Shown: piece by piece, positions 29,637 to 38,725 of the stretch
Layout: each line of letters opens with the position of its first letter
How positions within the stretch are numbered: the first letter of the stretch is position 1
Source of the DNA: an uncultured Acetatifactor sp.
GTDB taxonomy: Bacteria; Bacillota; Clostridia; Lachnospirales; Lachnospiraceae
Length of the DNA: 64,000 bases
Direction: 5' to 3'
Assembly (NCBI GenBank): GCA_910578185.1
Contig: CAJTPN010000002.1
Span: 117,158 to 181,157, forward strand
Program-made: the position numbers and the translations under genes
Notes under the pieces: generated by a model
What the model was told of the DNA's origin: nothing
The model's input: the letters and a program-made list of their open reading frames with translations, nothing else
Database searches by the model: none

Positions 29637-31046
29637 GTGAAATTAGAAAATTGGGTCCAATGGCTTGATAATTTGGTGTGGGGACCATGGCTGTTGATTT
29701 TATTGCTGGGGACGGGCTGCTATTTGATGCTGAAATTACGTTTTATGCCTCTGAAAAATCTGAAATTTGCATTGAAATGTGCATTTGGCGGCGGAAATAC
29801 AGATGGAGGCGGAAAGGAAGGAGGGATTTCCTCATTTGCATCTCTTGCCACGGAGCTTGCAACCACACTGGGCACGGGCAATATTGTTGGGGTTGCCACA
29901 GCTATGGTGCTGGGGGGACCCGGGGCGCTGTTTTGGATGGTGGCCACAAGCGTAATCGGGATGGCTACAAAGCTGGTGGAAAGCATGTTGTCGGTAAAAT
30001 ACAGAGGGACAAACGAAAAGGGTGAGATTGCGGGAGGTCCCATGTATACCGCGTTACATGTTTTTGCCGGAAAAGAAACCGGAAGAAAGCTGGGGGTGAT
30101 CTTTGCTTTCTTTGCAGTGATGGCTTCCTTTGGAATGGGAAATATGACACAATCCAATTCCATCGCGGATGCGTTATGGGTTTCTTTTCAAATTCCCAAA
30201 GCCAAGACAGGGCTGATCTTAACGATTATTACCATATTGGTAGTACTGGGTGGAATCAGTGTGATCGGAAAGGTGGCGCAGATCCTGGTTCCGTTTATGG
30301 GAATCTTTTATCTGTTGGGGACGTTTGCAGTTATTTGCGTACACTGGCGAAATCTGCCGGAAGCGGTGACGGGAATTATGACTGCGGCTTTTCATCCTCA
30401 GGCGGTGTCAGGGGGGCTGTTTGGAAGCGTGACTGTGACGGCGTTTCAGTCCCTGCGCTGGGGGGTGTCAAGAGGAATCTTTTCCAATGAGGCTGGGCTT
30501 GGAGCCGCAGGTATCACCGCCGCGGCGGCAAATACGGAGGATTGTGTCAGACAGGGGTATATCAGCATGACGGGAGTATTCCTGGATACCGTGGTAATCT
30601 GTACAATTACGGGGCTTGCCTTTGGGGTTTCCGGTGTCATTGGCAGTACGGATGCTTACGGAGAGCCTTTGACAGGCACGGCGTTGACGCTGGCTGCTTT
30701 TTCCACTGCTTTGGGAGAACGTGGAAGCGGATTTGTGAGTGTCTGCATTACGCTTTTTGCGTTTGCCACAGTGATCGGCTGGGCGTACCAGGGAGAGAGA
30801 GCGTTTGAATTTCTCATGGGAGGCAGGACAAAATATAATCTTGCATATCGCTTTACATATGGGCTGACAGCCTTTTTGGGGTGTATTTGTTCATTGGAGA
30901 TGGTATGGAACTTTTCGGATATCTGTAACGGATTGATGGCGGTTCCCAATTTGATTTGTGTTTTGACCTTATCGGGCAGGGCGTGTAAAGAGATAACGTC
31001 GTATGTAGTTCCCGGCAAGGCTTCTTTGGGCGGCAGAAAACATTGA
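29637..31046 (+). CDS. Alanine/glycine:cation symporter (AGCS family)
   Basis: GTGNIVGVA, GGPGALFWM, GGPMY, RGIFSNEAGLG, DTVVICTITG, GLMAVPNLI. Confidence 0.95.
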   Translation: MKLENWVQWLDNLVWGPWLLILLLGTGCYLMLKLRFMPLKNLKFALKCAFGGGNTDGGGKEGGISSFASLATELATTLGTGNIVGVATAMVLGGPGALFWMVATSVIGMATKLVESMLSVKYRGTNEKGEIAGGPMYTALHVFAGKETGRKLGVIFAFFAVMASFGMGNMTQSNSIADALWVSFQIPKAKTGLILTIITILVVLGGISVIGKVAQILVPFMGIFYLLGTFAVICVHWRNLPEAVTGIMTAAFHPQAVSGGLFGSVTVTAFQSLRWGVSRGIFSNEAGLGAAGITAAAANTEDCVRQGYISMTGVFLDTVVICTITGLAFGVSGVIGSTDAYGEPLTGTALTLAAFSTALGERGSGFVSVCITLFAFATVIGWAYQGERAFEFLMGGRTKYNLAYRFTYGLTAFLGCICSLEMVWNFSDICNGLMAVPNLICVLTLSGRACKEITSYVVPGKASLGGRKH

Positions 31047-31060
31047 TGTCATTCTTTTTC

Positions 31061-31219
31061 ATATCCCTGGTCGGGGTTGTGGGTTTGTGCCCACTGTCAT
31101 GAGGCGGGCATAAACAGTAAGCATTAGGCTTTCCTGGCGCCTTATTGCGGGAAAGCTTGGTGCGATCGCAAACATTTTAGGAGTAAGTTTACGGCCGGGC
31201 CGACACTTACTCTTTTTTT
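31061..31219 (+). ncRNA. Candidate structured RNA (two hairpins in a multiloop plus terminator), family unknown
   Basis: Stems 31083-92/31106-15 and 31121-36/31148-63 with G-U pairs favouring the + strand; closing stem 31077-82/31166-71. Confidence 0.4.
31181..31219 (+). terminator. Intrinsic terminator
   Basis: GAGTAAGT...ACTTACTC followed by seven T. Confidence 0.85.
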
Positions 31220-31232
31220 GCTGTAGAAGTAG

Positions 31233-31261
31233 TTGAAATTATTTTCTATAATGTGTATACT
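31233..31261 (+). promoter_or_regulatory. SigmaA promoter of metY
   Basis: TTGAAA (31233)-17 bp-TATACT (31256). Confidence 0.65.
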
Positions 31262-31388
31262 GGAAAATGAGTTTATGTATGTACAAAGGTGCGGGGGAGA
31301 AAGATTTCAGGTTCCGGGGTCATTTTCATTTGGGAAGGAATGGCAGCCGTGATCTTTTGAACCTAAATAGATCAGGAGGGAAACCAAT

Positions 31389-32663
31389 ATGAAAATCAAC
31401 AGCGTATGCGTACAGGGCGGTTATACGCCTGGAAACGGGGAACCCCGTCAAATACCCATTGTCCAGAGCACTACTTTTAAATATGATTCCAGTGAAGATA
31501 TGGGAAAACTTTTTGACCTGGAGGCAAGCGGGTATTTTTACACAAGACTTCAAAACCCTACCAATGATTATGTGGCTGCAAAAATAACGCAGTTGGAGGG
31601 AGGTACGGCGGGAATGCTGACTTCCAGCGGACAGGCTGCAAATTTTTACGCACTGTTTAATATTTGTGAATGTGGGGATCATATTGTGGCGTCCAGCACG
31701 ATTTACGGAGGGACGTTTAATCTGATCTCCGTTACCATGAAAAAGATGGGAATTGATGTCACGTTTGTAAGTCCCGATGCCTCCGAGTCGGAACTGGATG
31801 CGGCCTTTCAGGGAAATACAAAAGTCATGTTTGGGGAGACCATTGCGAATCCTGCGCTGACCGTATTGGATATCGAGAAATTTGCCAAGTGTGCTCACGC
31901 TCACGGCGTTCCACTGATTATTGACAATACCTTTGCAACGCCGATCAACTGTCGGCCGTTTGAATGGGGAGCGGATATCGTAACCCATTCCACAACAAAA
32001 TATATGGATGGTCACGGCGCAGCGGTGGGCGGTGCCATAGTGGACAGCGGCAGATTTGACTGGATGGCGCATGCGGATAAGTATCCCGGTCTCTGTACGC
32101 CGGATGAAAGTTATCATGGAATCATTTATGCGGAAAGATTTGGCAGGGAGGGGGCTTTTATCACGAAATGTACGGCGCAGCTTATGAGAGATTTCGGTTC
32201 CATTCCAAGTCCACAAAATGCGTTCCTTCTGAATCTTGGTTTGGAAAGTCTTCATGTGCGCATGAAACGTCATTGTGAAAACGGTCTTGCGGTGGCGAAA
32301 TTTTTGTCAGCACATCCCAAGGTTGCATATGTTAATTATTGTGATCTGCCCGGGGATAAGTATTATCCATTGGCGCAGAAATATCTTCCAAATGGCAGCT
32401 GCGGTGTGGTATCGTTTGGTTTAAAGGGGGGCAGGGAAGCGGCAGGTCTCTTTATGAAAAATTTAAAACTTGCCGCCATAGAGACGCATGTGGCGGATGC
32501 GCGTACCTGCTGCCTGAATCCGGCATCCAGCACACACAGACAGCTGACGGATGAACAGCTGAAGGAGGCGGGAGTTCCTGCAGAATTAATTCGAATCAGC
32601 TGCGGTATCGAGGATGGGGAAGACTTGCTGGCGGATCTTGCACAGGCTTTGGAAAAATGTTAA
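31389..32663 (+). CDS. metY: O-acetylhomoserine aminocarboxypropyltransferase / sulfhydrylase
   Basis: YTRLQNPT, SSGQAA, YGGT, ETIANP, DNTFA, PLP lysine in HSTTKYMDGHG, PASSTH. Confidence 0.92.
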   Translation: MKINSVCVQGGYTPGNGEPRQIPIVQSTTFKYDSSEDMGKLFDLEASGYFYTRLQNPTNDYVAAKITQLEGGTAGMLTSSGQAANFYALFNICECGDHIVASSTIYGGTFNLISVTMKKMGIDVTFVSPDASESELDAAFQGNTKVMFGETIANPALTVLDIEKFAKCAHAHGVPLIIDNTFATPINCRPFEWGADIVTHSTTKYMDGHGAAVGGAIVDSGRFDWMAHADKYPGLCTPDESYHGIIYAERFGREGAFITKCTAQLMRDFGSIPSPQNAFLLNLGLESLHVRMKRHCENGLAVAKFLSAHPKVAYVNYCDLPGDKYYPLAQKYLPNGSCGVVSFGLKGGREAAGLFMKNLKLAAIETHVADARTCCLNPASSTHRQLTDEQLKEAGVPAELIRISCGIEDGEDLLADLAQALEKC

Positions 32664-32679
32664 TGTCGGAAAGGATCAT

Positions 32680-33000
32680 ATGGACTGCAAAGAATTTGAG
32701 AAGCATATTCCTGATTATATCGCACGCAAACTGGATTACCCGACGCTGAAGCGTTTCAGCGAGCATATAGATAAGTGTGAGGACTGTAAAGAGGAGCTGG
32801 TGATTCGATTCCTTGTAGCGGAAGGAATTCAACGCCTGGAAGACGGTAATGCGTTTGATCTGCAATCCGAACTTGACACAAGGCTGGAGGAGACAAGACG
32901 TAAGATCCGGTTTCATAATTGTTTCCTGTATTTTGGATTTGCTCTGGAGGTTGTGGCGGTTGGATTGCTGGCGGGTATTGTCATCTGGGTCCTGCTCTGA
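32680..33000 (+). CDS. zf-HC2 (anti-sigma zinc-binding) domain membrane protein
   Basis: MDC...HIDKCEDC (HxxxCxxC) and a C-terminal hydrophobic helix. Confidence 0.8.
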   Translation: MDCKEFEKHIPDYIARKLDYPTLKRFSEHIDKCEDCKEELVIRFLVAEGIQRLEDGNAFDLQSELDTRLEETRRKIRFHNCFLYFGFALEVVAVGLLAGIVIWVLL

Positions 33001-33048
33001 TTTTGGCACCTTATCAGGCAGGCGTCTGTGAAGCGGAGGTATAATTCC

Positions 33049-35772
33049 ATGTATGAAAATAAGAAACTGGTACTGATAGACGGACACAGTATTTTGAATC
33101 GTGCTTTTTACGGCGTTCCTGATTTAAGTAATTCTAAGGGACTGCATACTAATGCCGTTTACGGCTTTCTGAATATTCTCTTTAAAATTCTGGAGGAAGA
33201 AAAACCGGATTTCCTTTCGGTGGCGTTTGATGTGCATGCGCCAACGTTCCGGCATCAAATGTATGAGGCCTATAAGGGGACAAGGAAGCCAATGCCGGAG
33301 GAATTGCGTCAGCAAGTTCCGGTGATGAAGGATGTGCTGAAGGCAATGAATGTGGTCATTGTGGAACAGGAAGGTTTGGAGGCGGACGATATTTTGGGGA
33401 CGCTTGCCAAGAAGGCCGCATCGGAAGGAATTGAGGTATCGCTGGTATCCGGCGACAGGGATTTATTGCAAATTGCAGATACGCATATCAAAATACGGAT
33501 TCCAAAGACAAAAATGGGGCGGACGGAGATTGAGGACTACTATCCCAAAGACGTGGAAGCCGTTTATAAGGTGACGCCACAGCAATTTATAGACTTGAAA
33601 GCTTTGATGGGAGACACTTCGGATAATATTCCCGGAGTACCCAAGGTAGGCGAGAAGACCGCCACGGAATTAATGATACAATACGGCTCTCTGGAAAATA
33701 TATATGACCATGTGGATGAAATCTCCAAGAAAAGTATCCGGGAATCCCTGAAGGCAAACCGTGATTTGGCAGATTTAAGTAAGGCTCTCGCCACAATTCG
33801 GATTGACAGCGAGGTATCGTTGGACTATGAAGCAGCCAGGGCAGAGGGCTTTTATACGCAGGAAGCCTATCTTCTGTTTAAGGAGTTGGAGTTTCGGAAT
33901 CTTTTAAGCCGTTTTGATTTGGAGCAACATGAGGGTGGGGAGGATATTACAAAAACGTTCCGAAAACTCGGCAGTCAAAGAGAGCTTTTAAACAGATTGG
34001 ATAAGATAAAATCGGGACAGCATATCGGGCTATATCTTCCCATGGAGTGCGGAAGACTTTTGGCAGTGGCGGTTGCGCTGGATAGGGAGGTTTTTGCGTA
34101 TGTGATACCGGCAAGGGAGGAAGTGCAGCTGTCTTTTATGGGGATGATTTCCAGCGAAGAAGATCAGGAACGTGCTTCATATCCGGAAGAGGGGGATGGT
34201 GAAATTTATGAACTGGGCTGTGCGTTACGGGCCCTATCAAAAAAGGCAGCCATATCCGCTTTTGATATCAAGGCGTATTACCGTTTCCTGGAGAGAGATA
34301 CTACTGAGCGATATTTTGACATACTCATCGGGGCATATCTTCTAAACCCCCTTAAAAGCGACTATGATCTGGAATTGATTGCACAGGAACACCTTGAGCT
34401 GACGATTCCCGGACGTGCAAAGCTTTTCGGAAAAATGAAGCTGGGGGAGGCGGCCGCGTCGCTTTCGGACCAGTTTGCGGAATTTTGCTGCTTTGGCGCT
34501 TATGTATCGGCAAAGGCGGAGAATGTCCTGATTCAAAAACTCAAGGAGACGGGCATGGAACGGCTGATGCGGGAAGTGGAAATGCCATTGTCGCTGGTTC
34601 TGTACGATATGGAACGAGAGGGAGTGGAGGTGCGCAGGGAGGAGTTAAAGGCGTATGGAGACGCTCTGGTAGCCAGAATTCAGGAGCTGGAAGGGTCAAT
34701 CCATGAAAAAGCCGGTGTGCAATTTAATATTAACTCACCCAAGCAGCTGGGAGAAATACTGTTTGAAAAAATGCATCTTCCCGGAGGGAAAAAAACAAAG
34801 ACGGGATATTCTACGGCTGCGGATGTATTGGAGAAGCTTTCCGAGGAGCATCCCATTGTGGAAGAGATTTTGGAGTACAGGCAGCTTACCAAGCTAAAAT
34901 CCACTTATGCGGACGGGTTGGCGGTGTATATCGGTGAAGATCAGCGTATCCATACGAATTTTAATCAGACCATAACGGCAACCGGACGAATCAGTTCAAC
35001 GGAACCCAATCTGCAGAATATTCCCATGCGCATGGAGCTTGGAAGGCGTATCCGCAAGGTGTTTGTGCCAAAGAATGGTTATGAGTTTATGGATGCCGAC
35101 TATTCGCAGATCGAACTACGGGTACTTGCGCATATGTCAGGAGACGAGCAGTTGATAGAGGCATATCGTATGGATCAGGATATTCACCGTATCACTGCTG
35201 CCAAAGTATTTCATACGCCCTTTGATCAGGTGACGGATTTGCAGCGCAGAAATGCAAAGGCGGTGAACTTTGGCATTGTCTATGGCATCAGTTCCTTTGG
35301 ATTAAGTCAGGATTTAAGTATCAGCCGCAAGGAAGCATCCGAATATATTGAGCAATATTTTGAAACATATCCCAAGGTAAAGGCGTTTTTAGACGGTCTG
35401 GTATCGGACGCAAAAAGAGACGGGTATATTACGACCATGTTTGGCAGGAGAAGGCCGGTACCTGAGCTTTCGTCTTCTAATTTTATGCAGCGTTCTTTTG
35501 GAGAGCGTGTTGCCATGAATTCTCCTATTCAGGGAACTGCAGCGGATATTATAAAGATTGCCATGATCAGGGTATGGCATGCACTGCGGGATCAGGGCCT
35601 GAAGTCAAAACTTATACTGCAGGTTCACGATGAGCTTGTCATTGAAACGCTGCGGGAGGAGGAAGCCATGGTGCGGAAACTGTTGGAGGAAAATATGAAG
35701 GCTGCCGCGGATCTGGCGGTCACATTGGAGGTGGACCTGCATACCGGTGATAACTGGTATGAGGCAAAATAA
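33049..35772 (+). CDS. polA: DNA polymerase I
   Basis: IDGHS..RAFY, EADD, GDTSDNIPGV, DYSQIELR, AKAVNFGIVYG, QVHDEL. Confidence 0.98.
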   Translation: MYENKKLVLIDGHSILNRAFYGVPDLSNSKGLHTNAVYGFLNILFKILEEEKPDFLSVAFDVHAPTFRHQMYEAYKGTRKPMPEELRQQVPVMKDVLKAMNVVIVEQEGLEADDILGTLAKKAASEGIEVSLVSGDRDLLQIADTHIKIRIPKTKMGRTEIEDYYPKDVEAVYKVTPQQFIDLKALMGDTSDNIPGVPKVGEKTATELMIQYGSLENIYDHVDEISKKSIRESLKANRDLADLSKALATIRIDSEVSLDYEAARAEGFYTQEAYLLFKELEFRNLLSRFDLEQHEGGEDITKTFRKLGSQRELLNRLDKIKSGQHIGLYLPMECGRLLAVAVALDREVFAYVIPAREEVQLSFMGMISSEEDQERASYPEEGDGEIYELGCALRALSKKAAISAFDIKAYYRFLERDTTERYFDILIGAYLLNPLKSDYDLELIAQEHLELTIPGRAKLFGKMKLGEAAASLSDQFAEFCCFGAYVSAKAENVLIQKLKETGMERLMREVEMPLSLVLYDMEREGVEVRREELKAYGDALVARIQELEGSIHEKAGVQFNINSPKQLGEILFEKMHLPGGKKTKTGYSTAADVLEKLSEEHPIVEEILEYRQLTKLKSTYADGLAVYIGEDQRIHTNFNQTITATGRISSTEPNLQNIPMRMELGRRIRKVFVPKNGYEFMDADYSQIELRVLAHMSGDEQLIEAYRMDQDIHRITAAKVFHTPFDQVTDLQRRNAKAVNFGIVYGISSFGLSQDLSISRKEASEYIEQYFETYPKVKAFLDGLVSDAKRDGYITTMFGRRRPVPELSSSNFMQRSFGERVAMNSPIQGTAADIIKIAMIRVWHALRDQGLKSKLILQVHDELVIETLREEEAMVRKLLEENMKAAADLAVTLEVDLHTGDNWYEAK

Positions 35773-35843
35773 GCGCCGTCAAGGGATCGGATGATTGGGA
35801 CGGGACGGAGCGGGAAGAAAGACTTCGTAAATGGGTGAGGACA

Positions 35844-36449
35844 ATGAAATTTATCGGGATCACAGGCGGGGTTGGGGCTGGAAAGTCCAAGATACTTGGC
35901 TATATACAAAAGCACTATAAATGTGAGATTTATCTTGCGGATGAAGTGGCACATCTGGTAAAGCAGCCGGGAACGGAATGCTATGTAAAGCTTCTTGGAA
36001 TATTGGGGGAGGATGTGGCAGGTGCGGAAGGATTGATCGACAGACAGGCAATGGCGGAAAAGATTTTTGCCAATCCCGCTCTCTTGGGACAGGTTAATGA
36101 TATCATTCACCCTGCCGTAAAAAAAATCCTGATGGAGCGATTAGATGCCGCAAAAAGCGCAGGGGAAGTAGAACTGTTTTTTGTCGAGGCGGCTCTGTTA
36201 ATAGAAACCGGATACCGTTCTCTGGTAGATGAGATGTGGTATGTTTATTCGGATGAGGAAATCCGCAGAAAACGACTGCGGAAGTTAAGGGGGTATTCTG
36301 ATGAAAAGATATCGCGTATCATGTCTCATCAGCTGACGGAAGAGCGGTTTCGGGAAAGCTGTGACTTTGTCATCGATAACAGCGGCCTGTTTGAAGACAG
36401 CTGCAGGCAAATAGATAAAAAACTGGAGGCTTTTACATGGCAGGAGTAA
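35844..36449 (+). CDS. coaE: Dephospho-CoA kinase
   Basis: IGITGGVGAGKS, IIHP, EAALLIE, IDNSG; follows polA. Confidence 0.93.
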   Translation: MKFIGITGGVGAGKSKILGYIQKHYKCEIYLADEVAHLVKQPGTECYVKLLGILGEDVAGAEGLIDRQAMAEKIFANPALLGQVNDIIHPAVKKILMERLDAAKSAGEVELFFVEAALLIETGYRSLVDEMWYVYSDEEIRRKRLRKLRGYSDEKISRIMSHQLTEERFRESCDFVIDNSGLFEDSCRQIDKKLEAFTWQE

Positions 36450-38725
36450 GAGAAGGGCAGGGACAGCTGGTGTTTGGATTGGATATTGGCACCAGAAGTA
36501 TCGTTGGAACCGTCGGATATTTAAACGGCAGTAAATTTCATGTGCTTGCACAGCGCTCCAAGGAACATGAGACACGTTCCATGCTAGACGGCCAGATTCA
36601 CGATATCGGCAAGGTGGGGCAGACGATCAGGCAGGTGAAGGAGCAGCTGGAGGAGGATCTGAACCGAAGGCTGACAGAGGTATGTATCGCTGCGGCAGGA
36701 CGTGTACTGCGCACAGTCACTACTCATGTGGAACAGGACTTTGAGGAGGAACACGAAGTAGTTCAGGAGGATATTTATTCGCTCTCAACCCTTGGCGTTG
36801 AACAGGCATACGAGGAATTCATACGGACAAACGACACGGAAATGAAATTTTACTGTGTTGGATATACTCCAATGCGTTATTATATGAACGGATATCAGAT
36901 TGGCAACCTGGAGGGACACAAAGTAAGAAACATAGCTCTGGATATGATCGCCACATTTCTGCCAGACGATGTGGTTGACGGGCTGTATAAGGCCGTGGAG
37001 TTTGCGGGATTGCATGTTGCGAATCTGACTTTGGAACCCATTGCGGCAATCCAGGTGGCAATACCGGAGAAATTCCGCATGCTGAATCTTGCCCTGGTGG
37101 ATGTGGGGGCGGGAACCAGTGATATTTCCATCACAAAAGACGGAACGATCACGGCTTACGGCATGATACCGGTAGCGGGGGACAGCCTGACAGATGTACT
37201 GGTGCAGCACTGTCTGGTGGACTTTGACACGGCGGAACGCATTAAGCGTCAGTCAGGTACCCAGGAGTCGGTGGAATATCAGGATATCATGGGGTTGACA
37301 CAGGTGATCAGCGCAGGCGAGGTGGAAGCGATTCTGTCGGAGCATGTACAGCAGATGGCGGAGATGGTGGCTTCCTGCATCAGGGAGTTAAACGGAGAAA
37401 AATCTGTCAGCGCGGTTTTTGTGGTTGGCGGCGGAGGGATTGTTCCCGGTTATACCAAACGACTTGCGGAGGCGCTTGACATTGTAAAAGAGAGGGTTGC
37501 GATTCGAGGGCAGGAAGTCTTACAGGGAGTTGCCTTTGAAATGGATAATCCCCGGAAGGATTCCATGATGGTAACACCCGTCGGCATTTGTTTAAGCTAT
37601 TATGAACAAAGCAATAATTTTATTTTTGTAGATTTTAACGGAAGACATGTAAAACTTTATGATAATGGAAAACTGACTGTGGCTGACGCGGCGGTACAAT
37701 GTGAATTTTCCAACGAGAATCTCTTCCCAAAACGCGGCAAAGCTTTGACTTTTGTAGTCAACGGAAAAAGCCGGATGGCTCGGGGAGGCCAGGGTGAGGC
37801 GGCGGTTATCAAAGTAAACGGTGAGCCGGCGGATATTTATACTCAGGTACATAATGGCGCCTTTATCGAAGTGACTCCGTCCACATTGGGGGAAGATGCG
37901 GCAGTGGAGCTGAGGCGTCTTCCGGAACTTTCCGAGAGCCTGCATGTATATGTTAACGGCACAAGGATAGACTTGCCCAGAACTGCATTGGTAAACGGAA
38001 AGTTGGAAAACGAATATTATCAGATTCGGGAGGGGGACAACATACAGGTACAAAATTCCTACAGTGTTCGGGAAGTTGCGGCCTTTATGGATGTACCTGT
38101 AGGAGGCGGCATATTGGTGAATGATACTCCTGCAAAGCCGGAGACAAGGGTTTATGAGAATTTTACCTTAAAGTGGGATGTGACGGCCGAGATCACTTAT
38201 GCGGATTTGGAGGAGGAAACAGAGGAAGATGCCGCAAGAAGGACTGCGGCAAAAGAAGCTGCCGCAAGAGAAGCGGAAGAGGCCAAGAGAGCCGCCAAGG
38301 AGCTTGTGAGAAAGATTGAGTCCGGAAATGTGGAAGGCACGCTGTTTGAGGGAATGTTTGGAAGTGCCCAAACGGAGAAGGGAAGGGAAAATATTGTCTA
38401 TGGACAAGTTTCCGGCGATACGGCAGGAAGTGGTTTTGACGGCGGCAAGACCACTGGGACGGACGCCAAGGCAAAAGGTCCGGTCAGTTTGTCGGTACTG
38501 GTAAACAAGCGACCGGTCACATTGTCAGGTAAGAGCAGTTATGTGTTTGTAGATGTTTTTTTCTTTATTGATTTTGACTTAAAGGCTTCCGGAGGACGTT
38601 CCATCGTCACGAATTTGAACGGTAGGAGAGCCGACTATATGGAACCGTTGAAAAACGGTGATGTAATAGATATTTATTGGGAAGAGGGCGGTTTTACATC
38701 GCCTGGCAGAGAAATCAGAAGATGA
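36437..38725 (+). CDS. FtsA/PilM-like actin-fold ATPase with C-terminal beta-grasp-like repeats
   Basis: LDIGTRS, EPIAA, VDVGAGTSD, VGGGG, TPVGI; repeated VNG...GD.I.V units in the C-terminal half. Confidence 0.82.
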   Translation: MAGVREGQGQLVFGLDIGTRSIVGTVGYLNGSKFHVLAQRSKEHETRSMLDGQIHDIGKVGQTIRQVKEQLEEDLNRRLTEVCIAAAGRVLRTVTTHVEQDFEEEHEVVQEDIYSLSTLGVEQAYEEFIRTNDTEMKFYCVGYTPMRYYMNGYQIGNLEGHKVRNIALDMIATFLPDDVVDGLYKAVEFAGLHVANLTLEPIAAIQVAIPEKFRMLNLALVDVGAGTSDISITKDGTITAYGMIPVAGDSLTDVLVQHCLVDFDTAERIKRQSGTQESVEYQDIMGLTQVISAGEVEAILSEHVQQMAEMVASCIRELNGEKSVSAVFVVGGGGIVPGYTKRLAEALDIVKERVAIRGQEVLQGVAFEMDNPRKDSMMVTPVGICLSYYEQSNNFIFVDFNGRHVKLYDNGKLTVADAAVQCEFSNENLFPKRGKALTFVVNGKSRMARGGQGEAAVIKVNGEPADIYTQVHNGAFIEVTPSTLGEDAAVELRRLPELSESLHVYVNGTRIDLPRTALVNGKLENEYYQIREGDNIQVQNSYSVREVAAFMDVPVGGGILVNDTPAKPETRVYENFTLKWDVTAEITYADLEEETEEDAARRTAAKEAAAREAEEAKRAAKELVRKIESGNVEGTLFEGMFGSAQTEKGRENIVYGQVSGDTAGSGFDGGKTTGTDAKAKGPVSLSVLVNKRPVTLSGKSSYVFVDVFFFIDFDLKASGGRSIVTNLNGRRADYMEPLKNGDVIDIYWEEGGFTSPGREIRR

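Noticed and set aside
31083..31115. CCCACTG...GCGGG hairpin resembling part of Firmicutes 6S RNA
   Set aside because: It lies near the 5' end of a short element with no long rod or central bubble; 6S not supported by eye, cmscan needed
38215..38305. GCCGCAAGA-type repeats in the FtsA-like gene
   Set aside because: Explained by the Ala/Glu/Arg helical linker; not a DNA repeat element
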